From NCBI GenBank assembly GCA_964557005.1, contig CAZKYI010000004.1:38111-102110 (forward strand): 64,000 nt of DNA, in the 5' to 3' direction. The notes beneath the pieces were generated by a model that ran no database searches, was not told the origin of the DNA, and was given only the letters and a program-made list of their open reading frames with translations. The stretch comes from an uncultured Pseudomonadales bacterium. Its GTDB lineage: Bacteria > Pseudomonadota > Gammaproteobacteria > Pseudomonadales > JBECKS01. Within the stretch, counting starts at the first letter, position 1. Each line of letters starts with the position of its first letter. Both the position numbers and the translations under genes were made by a program. Positions 40,073 to 49,474 of the stretch are shown here, piece after piece.

Positions 40073-41524
40073 ATGAACAAGTTCAAAGGAATACCAGATT
40101 TCAGTCAGGCCAAAGTGCTGGTGGTGGGTGATCTTATGCTCGATCGCTACTGGTCTGGCAGCACCGAAAGAATTTCGCCCGAAGCACCGATTCCAGTGGT
40201 CAAAGTCACTGGCAGGGAAGACAGGGTGGGCGGTGCAGGCAACGTCGCGCTGAATATCGCAAGCCTTGGCGCACAGGTGAGTTTGCTGGCCATCACCGGA
40301 GATGATGAAGCAGCGGACATTTTGCAAGACAAACTGCACGCAGCACAGGTGCAGGCAACACTGGTGAGAGATGCAAGCATTCCAACCATTACAAAATTGC
40401 GCGTGACCAGCCGTCATCACCAGATGATTCGACTCGATTTTGAAGAAACCTTGATAGCACAGGAAAGTCTTGAGCAGCTCAGGCAGAGTTTTGTACAACT
40501 GCTGGCACGTGAAAATTTTAATGTGGTGGTGTTTTCGGATTATGCGAAGGGTTGTCTTAAAGAAGTTGCAAGCCTGATTCAGCACTGCAAACAGAGAAAT
40601 ATCCTGTGTCTGGTCGATCCCAAAGGCGTGGATTTTTCCAGATACGCAGGTGCCAGCCTGCTCACGCCCAATCGTTCAGAGTTTGATGCAGTGTGTGGTC
40701 GGGCGAATGATGAAGCAGGCATACAGCAAGCAGCTTCCAGCCTGATGTCGCAACTGGATTTACAAGCGCTGTTGCTCACACGCAGTGAAGAAGGCATGAC
40801 CTTGTTTGAGAAAAGCACGCCTGCAAGTGAGCATTTCCCTGCCAGTGCTTCGGAAGTGTTTGATGTCACTGGCGCAGGCGATACGGTCATTGCCACGCTT
40901 GCCGCCTGTTTGTCTGCGGGAAGCAGTCTGGAACACGCGGTTTATGTTGCCAATCGTGCTGCGGGTATTGTGGTGGGCAAATCGGGTACAGCGGCTATTG
41001 CCTTGCATGAGCTGGAGCAGGCACTCAGTCATCAAGGTTCGCAAAGCGGGATTTTGCCCTTGAAGCATCTGCAAGCTTTGGTGAAAGAAGCACAGGCTAA
41101 AAAACAGAAAGTCGTGATGACCAATGGTTGCTTCGACATTATTCATGCGGGGCACATCGCCTATCTGGAAGAAGCAAGGCATCTGGGCGATAAATTGATT
41201 GTGGCAGTGAACAGCGATGAATCGGTTAAACGTCTGAAAGGTGCTGCTCGCCCCATTAATACACTTGAAAGACGCATGCAGGTGTTGGCAGGTTTGCAAG
41301 CGGTGGATTGGGTGATCGCTTTTACGGAAGATACTCCTGCGGATCTGGTTGCACAGGTACTGCCCGATATTCTTGTTAAGGGTGGCGACTGGAAAGTCGA
41401 GGAAATTGCTGGAGGTGAAGCGGTGGTGGCGAACGGTGGAAAAGTGATGTCACTTTCTTTCAAGGAAGGGCATTCAACCACAGCAATTATTGATTTGATT
41501 AAAGAAAGAGAGCGAGCGCAGTGA
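40073..41524 (+). CDS. hldE: bifunctional D-beta-D-heptose 7-phosphate kinase / D-beta-D-heptose 1-phosphate adenylyltransferase
   Basis: 483 aa. The ribokinase-like N-domain has VTGAGDT. The cytidylyltransferase C-domain has [12 protein letters not shown]. Confidence 0.95.
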   Translation: MNKFKGIPDFSQAKVLVVGDLMLDRYWSGSTERISPEAPIPVVKVTGREDRVGGAGNVALNIASLGAQVSLLAITGDDEAADILQDKLHAAQVQATLVRDASIPTITKLRVTSRHHQMIRLDFEETLIAQESLEQLRQSFVQLLARENFNVVVFSDYAKGCLKEVASLIQHCKQRNILCLVDPKGVDFSRYAGASLLTPNRSEFDAVCGRANDEAGIQQAASSLMSQLDLQALLLTRSEEGMTLFEKSTPASEHFPASASEVFDVTGAGDTVIATLAACLSAGSSLEHAVYVANRAAGIVVGKSGTAAIALHELEQALSHQGSQSGILPLKHLQALVKEAQAKKQKVVMTNGCFDIIHAGHIAYLEEARHLGDKLIVAVNSDESVKRLKGAARPINTLERRMQVLAGLQAVDWVIAFTEDTPADLVAQVLPDILVKGGDWKVEEIAGGEAVVANGGKVMSLSFKEGHSTTAIIDLIKERERAQ

Positions 41525-42468
41525 TTATTGTAACGGGTGGTGCAGGTTTTATTGGCTCTAACATTGTGAAAGCCCTGAATGAGCGTGGCGAAAAAGACAT
41601 TCTGGTTGTCGATGATTTGAGTGATGGCAAGAAATTTTCCAACATCGCGGATCTGGATATTGCTGATTACATCGACATGGATAATTTTCTTGAGCGTGTG
41701 CAAGACAAGCAAAGTTTCGGCAACTGTGATGCGATTTTCCATGAAGGTGCGTGTTCGGCAACTACCGAATGGAATGGCAAATATGTGATGTGCGTTAATT
41801 ACGATTATTCCAAACAGTTACTGGCATATGCGCAAGAACAAAATATTGCTTTTCTGTATGCGTCGAGCGCGGCGGTCTATGGAGGTTCGGACACTTTTAA
41901 AGAAGCGCCTGAATACGAAAAACCGCTGAATGTTTACGGCTATTCCAAATTTTTATTTGATTGTTGGGTGAGAAAACATCAAAACCGTTTTAATGCGCAG
42001 GTTGCAGGGTTTCGCTATTTTAATGTCTATGGGCCACGAGAAAATCACAAAGGCAGTATGGCAAGTGTGGCCTGGCATTTTAACAAGCAGATTCTTGAGA
42101 CAGGGAAATGCAAATTATTTCAGGGCAGTGGCGGCTATGGTGATGGCGCGCAGCTCAGGGATTTTGTGTTTGTTGAAGATGTGGCTGCGTGTAAATTGTG
42201 GTTTATGGATCACCCAAAAAAATCGGCGATTGTAAATCTGGGTACAGGCAAAGCGCAGAGTTTTAATGATGTTGCTTCGGCTGTCATCAACTGGCATGGC
42301 AAGGGAAAAATTGATTACATCGCATTCCCTGAGCATTTAAAGGGTGCTTATCAATCGTTTACCCAGGCGGATTTAACGCATTTAAGAGCGCTAGGTTATC
42401 AAGCGGAATTCAAAACGGTTGAACAGGGTGTTCAGCAGTATCTTGACTGGTTGAATCATAAATATTGA
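41521..42468 (+). CDS. hldD: ADP-L-glycero-D-manno-heptose 6-epimerase
   Basis: 315 aa. [13 protein letters not shown], a YGYSK catalytic motif, and a 4-nt overlap with hldE. Confidence 0.94.
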   Translation: MIIVTGGAGFIGSNIVKALNERGEKDILVVDDLSDGKKFSNIADLDIADYIDMDNFLERVQDKQSFGNCDAIFHEGACSATTEWNGKYVMCVNYDYSKQLLAYAQEQNIAFLYASSAAVYGGSDTFKEAPEYEKPLNVYGYSKFLFDCWVRKHQNRFNAQVAGFRYFNVYGPRENHKGSMASVAWHFNKQILETGKCKLFQGSGGYGDGAQLRDFVFVEDVAACKLWFMDHPKKSAIVNLGTGKAQSFNDVASAVINWHGKGKIDYIAFPEHLKGAYQSFTQADLTHLRALGYQAEFKTVEQGVQQYLDWLNHKY

Positions 42469-43268
42469 TTCAAGCCCAGTGCACAAAATGTTTCCTTGTG
42501 CCTGATGGCATTTTCGAGAATTTCATCATTGGTTTTTAAATGATTTCTTTCCGCTTCCTTGTGATAAAGATGATAGGCAATGCCTGCAAATTTCAGATTG
42601 ATACGATTAACGCCATTGTTATTCAGGCGCAGGCAAATATCTGAATCCTCTCTTCCCCAGCCCTGAAAAGCCTCATTAAACCCATTGATGTTGATGAGAT
42701 CCTGCTTCCAGAACGCCTGATTACATCCTCGAACCCGTTTCAGGTGATTGGTGACGAACAAGGCCATAAAATCCTTGAGTACGGGTATCCAGAATGCGTT
42801 CTTGTTATTTTTGATTTGTTTTGAAAAAAATCCAGGTGTTGGAATGTTTTGCGGATTTTTCAGAATGGTTTGAGTCAAGGCTTCATTCATAATCACACGG
42901 CCGCCCTGTACGAAGGCATTTTTGCGCGCAACGGAGAGATGATCTTCAACAAACTTCGGGTGCAACATCATGTCGCCATCAATCGAGATAATGTAATCCG
43001 AAGAGGCAGCAGCGATGGCCTTGTTACGAATTCTGCTGACCTGAAAACCGTCATCTTCCTGAAAAATATGCACGATTTTGTATTTCATTAACGGTATCAG
43101 CGCGTTAATTCTTTCAAGGGTGTCCTCTCTCGAACCATCATTTGCAATCACCACTTCATCGGGCAGACGGGTTTGCTGATTGATGCTGTGCAATACCACC
43201 GTCAAGGCTTCTTTCCAGTTGTAGGTGGTGACAATCAAGGAGACGCTGATTTTATTTTGTTTGGGCAT
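42456..43268 (-). CDS. glycosyltransferase family 2
   Basis: 270 aa from the ATG at 43268 ([22 protein letters not shown]...). It has the GT2 N-terminal pattern and the DGD motif in ISIDGDM. The upstream 93 codons of the ORF-track version are rejected. Confidence 0.85.
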   Translation of the reverse strand: MPKQNKISVSLIVTTYNWKEALTVVLHSINQQTRLPDEVVIANDGSREDTLERINALIPLMKYKIVHIFQEDDGFQVSRIRNKAIAAASSDYIISIDGDMMLHPKFVEDHLSVARKNAFVQGGRVIMNEALTQTILKNPQNIPTPGFFSKQIKNNKNAFWIPVLKDFMALFVTNHLKRVRGCNQAFWKQDLININGFNEAFQGWGREDSDICLRLNNNGVNRINLKFAGIAYHLYHKEAERNHLKTNDEILENAIRHKETFCALGLNQYL

Positions 43269-43341
43269 AGGTGAATGGGTGAGAAGGTTGTCGATACGTA
43301 TTATTATTGCGATTCTTATCTTAATGCACAATCTTGATACT

Positions 43342-44289
43342 ATGAATTCACAAGCTCCGCTTTCTTCCTCTGACACCCTTAGTCCTGAAAGTATCAAAGC
43401 AGGCTTCCAGTCTCTGGGGTATATCTGTAGTGATACGGTTGCTACAACCATTTTTCTTGCCCGCAAACTGGATAAACCTGTGTTGGTGGAAGGGCCTCCG
43501 GGTGTAGGTAAAACTGAATTGGCGAAAGTCAGTTCCAGTTTTTTCAATTTGCCGCTGATTCGTTTGCAATGCTATGAAGGGCTCGATGAATCCAAAGCCT
43601 TGTATGAATGGAAATATGGCAAGCAACTGCTTTACACCCAGGTATTAAAAGAAACTCTGGGCGACTTGTTAAAAGGTGCGAAAGGCTTGAGTGAGTCGGT
43701 TGCGCGTTTGCACGAGTTTGGTGACATTTTTTATTCAGAAGATTTTCTTGAACCACGCCCTTTGCTTAAAGCCTTGAATGCTGAAAAAGGTGCCATGTTG
43801 TTGATTGATGAAATCGACAAGGCTGATCAGGAATTTGAATCCTTCCTGCTGGAAATGCTTTCCGATTATCAGATTTCGATTCCTGAAATTGGCACCGTCA
43901 AAGCCAAATCCAAACCACTGGTTATTTTAACCAGTAACAATGCACGTGAACTCAGTGATGCCATCAAACGCCGCTGTCTGCATTTATATGTGCCATATCC
44001 GAATGCCGAGCTGGAACGTAAAATTGTTCAGGTGCGTGTTCCTGCAGTCGATGAGCGTTTACGTGTACAGCTGGTGGATTTTATACAAGCGCTGCGTGAA
44101 CTCGATTTGAAAAAACAACCCGCCATATCAGAAACCATTGATTGGGCAAGAACACTGGTGATTTTACACGCCAATGCACTCGATGAAGCCTTGATTAAAT
44201 CCACGCTCAATGTGATTTTGAAATTTGAAGAAGACATTGAATCTGTACAAAATGAAATTGGCAGAATTTTGTTGAAGCAGGAAAAATAA
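43342..44289 (+). CDS. MoxR-class AAA+ ATPase (CoxD-like)
   Basis: About 315 aa from the ATG at 43342. Walker A GPPGVGKT, Walker B LLIDEIDKA, and the CoxD-like block QCYEGLDESKALYEWKY. The start is uncertain because no clear Shine-Dalgarno is present. Confidence 0.85.
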   Translation: MNSQAPLSSSDTLSPESIKAGFQSLGYICSDTVATTIFLARKLDKPVLVEGPPGVGKTELAKVSSSFFNLPLIRLQCYEGLDESKALYEWKYGKQLLYTQVLKETLGDLLKGAKGLSESVARLHEFGDIFYSEDFLEPRPLLKALNAEKGAMLLIDEIDKADQEFESFLLEMLSDYQISIPEIGTVKAKSKPLVILTSNNARELSDAIKRRCLHLYVPYPNAELERKIVQVRVPAVDERLRVQLVDFIQALRELDLKKQPAISETIDWARTLVILHANALDEALIKSTLNVILKFEEDIESVQNEIGRILLKQEK

Positions 44290-44293
44290 GGCG

Positions 44294-45664
44294 ATGGATA
44301 GAACCCTGACCGAATTTATTCGCGCTTTACGAGGTTCTCATGTGCGGGTATCGACGGCAGAATCGCTCGATGCCTTTCATGCGGCTGAATTGGTCGGTTA
44401 TCACAATCGCACCTTGTTGAAGGATTCGCTGGCTGCCTGTCTTGCCAAAAGCGAGCAGGAAAAAGCATGGTTTGATTCCTGCTTCGAGCGTTTTTTTACC
44501 GTTCAGCGTTTATCAGAAAACACCAATAATCCCTTGTTTGATGAAGCTGAAATACAGCAACAGAATAGTTCCAATGCTGATGATTCTGTTACAGACACGG
44601 TCGATTCACCCTTGGGGAAAATGCTAACAGCAGGTGATGGTGCACAGTTTTCTCTGGCTTTGAATCAGGCAGCGCAAGCGGTTGATATTGCTTCCATCAA
44701 AAGTTTCACCCAGCGTGGCTTATATGGCAGACGTATGATGATGATGTTGGGGCTTGAAGCATTGGAGGCAGAAATTCGCCAGAAGCAGGAGAGTGACAAC
44801 ATTGCCGACAGGGAAGTTGCGCGAAAACTGATTCAGGCAAGAGAAATTTTACGCGCGGAAGTGAAGGATTTTGTAGAGCGACAGTTGGTGCTGTTTACCT
44901 CGGCACAAGGTGAACAATTCCGTGAAGAAGTGATTCGCAACATGACTTTAAATAACATGGAAATGCGTACTTTTTCCCGCCTGAATGAAGTGGTTAGAAA
45001 AATGGCAAAGCGTTTGATTGCAGTTCATTCAAGACGGCGGCGGGTTTACAGGCGCGGTCATCTGAATATCAAGAAAACCTTGCAAGCGAATATGGCTTAC
45101 GATGGCACGCTGTTTGATTTGAAATGGAAATCTGTAAAAGTGGACAGGCCAAAAGTGATGGCCATTTGCGATGTGAGTGGTTCGGTCGCAGAAGTGTCGC
45201 GTTTTTTGTTGATGTTTCTTTATAGCCTGAATGAGCTGATGCCAAATGTGCGCTCCTTTGCCTTTTCTTCTTCGTTAGGAGAAGTGACACACATTTTTGA
45301 AAATCAGGAACTGGCCGATGCCATACAAACCGTTGTGACGGATTGGGGCAGAGGTTCTTCGGATTACGGTGAATCGTGGCTTGATTTCAAAAGGCTGGCC
45401 TATGACGATATTGATCACCGTACTACCGTGATTATTCTGGGCGATGCACGCAACAATTATCGCGAACATCAAAGCCATGTGTTCAAACAGATTTCCGAGC
45501 GCGCCAAACAAATCATCTGGTTAAACCCCGAAAATAAAAACAAATGGTCAACAGGGGATTCGGTGATGAATCACTATCAACCCTATTGCAGAATCGTTGA
45601 AACCTGCAACACCCTGAATCATCTGGAACGCACCATAGACAAACTGCTGAAAAGCGCCAATTAA
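44294..45664 (+). CDS. VWA-domain protein (CoxE-like)
   Basis: 456 aa. The C-terminal VWA domain has the MIDAS motif ICDVSGS. It starts 4 nt after the MoxR stop. Confidence 0.82.
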   Translation: MDRTLTEFIRALRGSHVRVSTAESLDAFHAAELVGYHNRTLLKDSLAACLAKSEQEKAWFDSCFERFFTVQRLSENTNNPLFDEAEIQQQNSSNADDSVTDTVDSPLGKMLTAGDGAQFSLALNQAAQAVDIASIKSFTQRGLYGRRMMMMLGLEALEAEIRQKQESDNIADREVARKLIQAREILRAEVKDFVERQLVLFTSAQGEQFREEVIRNMTLNNMEMRTFSRLNEVVRKMAKRLIAVHSRRRRVYRRGHLNIKKTLQANMAYDGTLFDLKWKSVKVDRPKVMAICDVSGSVAEVSRFLLMFLYSLNELMPNVRSFAFSSSLGEVTHIFENQELADAIQTVVTDWGRGSSDYGESWLDFKRLAYDDIDHRTTVIILGDARNNYREHQSHVFKQISERAKQIIWLNPENKNKWSTGDSVMNHYQPYCRIVETCNTLNHLERTIDKLLKSAN

Positions 45665-45764
45665 AAGGGGCGTCATCACGGTGTGCAGATTTGAGGCTTT
45701 GGTGTACTCTTGCGCCGCGTATTTGATATTCCATTTATCTATTTGTTAAATTTCTGGAGGTTTT

Positions 45765-46628
45765 ATGTCTATCAGTTTTGAAGGAAAAGTGGCGATTGTC
45801 ACAGGTGCGGGTAACGGTTTGGGGCGTTCACATGCACTGGAACTCGCCAAACGCGGCGCGAAAGTATTGGTCAATGATTTGGGTGGTTCTATGGACGGCA
45901 CAGGCGGTTCCAGTGAAGCAGCGAAAGCGGTGGTGGCAGAAATCAAGGCGGCTGGTGGTGAGGCGATTGCCAATGGTGCGTCGGTTTCAGATCGTGCAGG
46001 CGCCAGAAGTATGGTTGACGATGCCATGAATGCGTGGGGGCGTATCGATATTCTCATCAATAATGCGGGTATTTTGCGTGATAAAAGTTTCAAGAAAATG
46101 ACCATGGAAGATTTCCAGTTGGTGATGGATGTGCATGTGAATGGCGCTGTGTATGTCACCAAGGAAGTGTGGCCGGTTATGGATGAACAGGAATATGGCC
46201 GCATTGTGATGACCACTTCTCCCTCAGGCTTGTTTGGTAATTTCGGGCAAACCAACTATGGCGCTGCAAAAATGGCGCTGGTGGGTTTTATGAATACCCT
46301 GAAAATCGAAGGTGCGAAAAAGAATATTCGTACCAACGCCATGGCACCTGTGGCTGCTACGCGCATGACGGCTGATTTGATTCCAGGTGCAATGGCAGAA
46401 AATCTGGGGCCTGAACTGATTACCGCAGGTGTAGTGTATTTGTGTTCAGACAATGCACCCAATGGTTACATCATGCAGGCAGCGGGTGGTAAATTTCATG
46501 CCGCGCAGATTATGGAAAATGACGGTGTGATGCTTGGACAAAAAGCGACAGCCGATGATGTTGCTGCCAATGCCGACAAAATTTTCAATATGAGCGGCTG
46601 CAAACCCAGAGGCCAATTAAATAATTAA
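45765..46628 (+). CDS. short-chain dehydrogenase/reductase (MFE-2 N-terminal dehydrogenase-like)
   Basis: 287 aa. TGAGNGLGR cofactor motif, NNAG, catalytic YGAAK, and a GGAGG Shine-Dalgarno. Confidence 0.9.
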   Translation: MSISFEGKVAIVTGAGNGLGRSHALELAKRGAKVLVNDLGGSMDGTGGSSEAAKAVVAEIKAAGGEAIANGASVSDRAGARSMVDDAMNAWGRIDILINNAGILRDKSFKKMTMEDFQLVMDVHVNGAVYVTKEVWPVMDEQEYGRIVMTTSPSGLFGNFGQTNYGAAKMALVGFMNTLKIEGAKKNIRTNAMAPVAATRMTADLIPGAMAENLGPELITAGVVYLCSDNAPNGYIMQAAGGKFHAAQIMENDGVMLGQKATADDVAANADKIFNMSGCKPRGQLNN

Positions 46629-46657
46629 GCGCTTTAATTATTTCACTATTTAAAAGG

Positions 46658-46699
46658 CTGCGTGTTCCCATTGTAGTGGCGGGGCACGCAGCTTTTTTT
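46658..46699 (+). terminator. rho-independent terminator after the SDR gene
   Basis: GCTGCGTG..CCC (46658-46669) pairs with GGG..CACGCAGC (46681-46692) and is followed by T7. Confidence 0.75.
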
Positions 46700-46874
46700 A
46701 TGCCTGCAATCTGACAAATATAACCATTAGTCACAGTGTCTATATTTTGCTTGTTGCTTTGATAATTTCGCTATACATTCGGGTTGTAGCTTGAACAAGC
46801 AGTTTTATTAGCTTCTCAATGCTTTTGTATGAAAGATTTTTAAATTTTTATATGAAAGAAACCGGAGTGACCAT

Positions 46875-47129
46875 ATGAAACAGCAATCATTAACTCAAGG
46901 TATTTCCTCTCACGGCGCTTCCGAGCGTAGAACAGCCCAACTTTCTTCACGTACTTTTTATCGACCAGACTCACATTGCAGTGAGTTAGGCGCGTGGTAT
47001 TTTTTAACCGAAGAGTTGGGGGAAGTAGGGCCATTTGACAGCCGCGAACAAGCGCGCGAAGCAATGGCTTTGGCGCAAGCCTTGGATAGTTGCCCTCAGA
47101 AAATTAAAAAGAAACGCGCTGTACATTGA
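46875..47129 (+). CDS. small conserved-looking hypothetical protein
   Basis: 84 aa. A GGAG Shine-Dalgarno lies 7 nt upstream. The core motif is GAWYFLTEELGEVGPFDSREQA, and the tail is basic. The family assignment is uncertain. Confidence 0.55.
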   Translation: MKQQSLTQGISSHGASERRTAQLSSRTFYRPDSHCSELGAWYFLTEELGEVGPFDSREQAREAMALAQALDSCPQKIKKKRAVH

Positions 47130-47206
47130 TTTAAAGTACGGTGAAGTTTTTGCATCACGGGTAAGCCCAGCTTGCCTTGAGCTTTCTTTCACACTAGATT
47201 GGCTGC

Positions 47207-48025
47207 ATGACAATATACGCATGCAGTGATTTGCATCTTGACCAGAAATCCAATTTCGAAGCCTTTCTCGATGCGTTTGAAGTTCCTGCTTCTCATAAAC
47301 AAGATGTGCTGATTCTTGCAGGTGACATTTGCGAGACAGAAGCACAGCTACATTTGATTCTTTCCATATTCAAGCAGCATTATCAGGAAGTGATCTGGAC
47401 ACCGGGCAACCATGAGCTATGGATTCGTCCGAGTGAGCAGGAAAAGTATTCCGGATCGCCCGACAAGTACCAACGTCTGGTTGAAATCTGTAGGCAAACC
47501 GGAGTGCATTGTCCTGAAGACAGATATTTTGAAAGTCAGGATTGTATTTTCGTACCGCTGTTTATTTTATATGACTATTCTTTTCGCGCTGCGCATGTCC
47601 CCCTTGAAGAAGCGGTGAACTGGGCAATGGAAAGTAACCTGCTATGCACCGATGAAGTTTTGATTCATAAACAGCCATTCAATTCGGTGACACAATGGTG
47701 TGAGCAACGAGTGCACTATAGCCTTGAGCGCTTAAAAGAAATTGAAAAAAGCAGCAAGAAAGTCGTACTCATCAATCACTTTCCCATGAAAGAATGTTGT
47801 ATCAGGCTGTATCGCATACCACGCTTTTCGATTTGGTGTGGCACTCGTGCAACCGAGGATTGGCATCGGCGTTTTAATGCACATGCTGTGATTACCGGAC
47901 ACTTGCATATGCCCGATGTGCAAAAGATTGATGAGGTTGATTTTTATGAAGTGTCTCTAGGTTATCCTGGACAGTGGAATACGCTTCGTTCCATGAAAGC
48001 GCAGTTCAGGGAAATTCCTGCCTAG
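47207..48025 (+). CDS. metallophosphoesterase (calcineurin-like)
   Basis: 272 aa. The motifs CSDLHLD, LAGDI, GNHE and GHLH appear in canonical order. Confidence 0.88.
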   Translation: MTIYACSDLHLDQKSNFEAFLDAFEVPASHKQDVLILAGDICETEAQLHLILSIFKQHYQEVIWTPGNHELWIRPSEQEKYSGSPDKYQRLVEICRQTGVHCPEDRYFESQDCIFVPLFILYDYSFRAAHVPLEEAVNWAMESNLLCTDEVLIHKQPFNSVTQWCEQRVHYSLERLKEIEKSSKKVVLINHFPMKECCIRLYRIPRFSIWCGTRATEDWHRRFNAHAVITGHLHMPDVQKIDEVDFYEVSLGYPGQWNTLRSMKAQFREIPA

Positions 48026-48100
48026 CTCGCTATTGCTGGGCTTTGCCATTAAAATGCGGTTCCCGATTTTCACGGGAATGACAATTCAAAGGTTTAAAAA

Positions 48101-49471
48101 ATGGTCGCAACAACAATGGATCAATTAGTGTCTTTATGTAAAAGACGCGGTTTTATTTTCCAAAGCAGTGATATTTACGGTGGCTTGCAAGGCGTTTATG
48201 ACTACGGCCCTTTGGGGGTCGAACTCAAGAACAACCTTAAAAACGCCTGGTGGCGAGCCATGGTGTATGAGCGAGATGATGTCGAAGGTCTTGATTCAGC
48301 CATTCTGGGAAACAAAACTATCTATAAATACAGTGGCCATCAGGATACTTTTTCAGATCCGCTGGTGGATTGTCGTGAATGTAAAAACCGTATGCGTGCT
48401 GATCACATGGTCGATAAAACCAAATGTGATAAATGTGGTTCAAACAACATTACTGAGGCACGTGATTTTAATCTGATGTTTAAAACACAAGTCGGGCCAT
48501 TGTCGGGTGAAGATAATTACGCAGTGATGCGACCTGAAACAGCGCAAGGGATTTTCACCAATTTTAAAAATGTACTGGATTCCACTTCACGCAAACTGCC
48601 TTTTGGTATTGCACAAATCGGCAAATCGTATCGTAACGAAATTACGCCCAGAAATTTTATTTTCCGTGTACGTGAATTCGAACAAATGGAACTGGAATTT
48701 TTTGTTAAACCTGGTGAAGACGAAGCCTGGCACAAGCAATGGGTGGAAGCGCGCACGCAATGGTGGCTGGCTCAAGGGTTAAGCAGGGAAAATATCGAAT
48801 TTGAGTATGTCACAGGGGATGATCTGGCACATTATTCCAAAGCCACGACCGACATCATGTACAAATTCCCGCACGGGTTGGAAGAACTGGAAGGTGTAGC
48901 GAATAGGACGGATTATGATTTGGGTTCTCATACCAAAGCGCAAAGCGAATTTAATTTGCAGGCGAAGGTAAAAGAAAATACCGAGTCCAATGCCAAACTG
49001 GCCGTGATGGATTTGGAAACCAACCAATGGTTTGTGCCTTTTTGTATTGAACCGTCCGCAGGTCTGGATCGGGGTGTTCTGGCAGTTCTCACCGAAGCCT
49101 ATGATGAAGAGCAACTGGACAATGGTTCTGTTAGAACCGTGCTCAGACTCAAACCGCACTTGGCACCGATTAAAGTCGCTGTTATTCCGCTCAAAAAAAA
49201 TCACCCTGACATTGTTGAAAAAGCCAAGGCCATTAAAAACAGTTTACAAAAACTCGGCTTGGGAAGAATTCTTTATGAAGATACAGGCAACGTGGGCAAG
49301 GGGTATCGTCGCCATGATGAAATAGGCACACCTATTTGCATTACGGTGGATTTTGATTCCATTGAAAAAGAGGGTGCGCCTGTAACAGTGCGTGACCGCG
49401 ATAGTATGGAACAGCAGGTGATTGACGAAGCGGACATTAAAAATTTTGTGCTCAAGTATTTCCAGTACTAA
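48101..49471 (+). CDS. glyQS: glycine--tRNA ligase, homodimeric (alpha2, GlyQS) type
   Basis: 456 aa. The N-terminus [39 protein letters not shown] is nearly the same as Thermus/Deinococcus-type GlyRS as I recall it. Class II motifs follow, then an anticodon-binding C-terminus. Confidence 0.93.
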   Translation: MVATTMDQLVSLCKRRGFIFQSSDIYGGLQGVYDYGPLGVELKNNLKNAWWRAMVYERDDVEGLDSAILGNKTIYKYSGHQDTFSDPLVDCRECKNRMRADHMVDKTKCDKCGSNNITEARDFNLMFKTQVGPLSGEDNYAVMRPETAQGIFTNFKNVLDSTSRKLPFGIAQIGKSYRNEITPRNFIFRVREFEQMELEFFVKPGEDEAWHKQWVEARTQWWLAQGLSRENIEFEYVTGDDLAHYSKATTDIMYKFPHGLEELEGVANRTDYDLGSHTKAQSEFNLQAKVKENTESNAKLAVMDLETNQWFVPFCIEPSAGLDRGVLAVLTEAYDEEQLDNGSVRTVLRLKPHLAPIKVAVIPLKKNHPDIVEKAKAIKNSLQKLGLGRILYEDTGNVGKGYRRHDEIGTPICITVDFDSIEKEGAPVTVRDRDSMEQQVIDEADIKNFVLKYFQY

Positions 49472-49474
49472 AAA

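Noticed and set aside
43269-43547. 5' extension of the GT2 ORF (ORF track 42456-43547) running antisense into the MoxR gene
   Set aside because: The GT2 family N-terminus ([17 protein letters not shown]...) begins at the ATG at 43268. The upstream 93 codons have no GT2-like sequence and overlap the divergent MoxR start region.
48026-48100. Possible T-box or other leader upstream of glyQS (T-boxes regulate glyQS in Gram-positive bacteria)
   Set aside because: The spacer is only 75 nt, far shorter than a T-box. It contains just one 6-bp hairpin (TTCCCG/CGGGAA).
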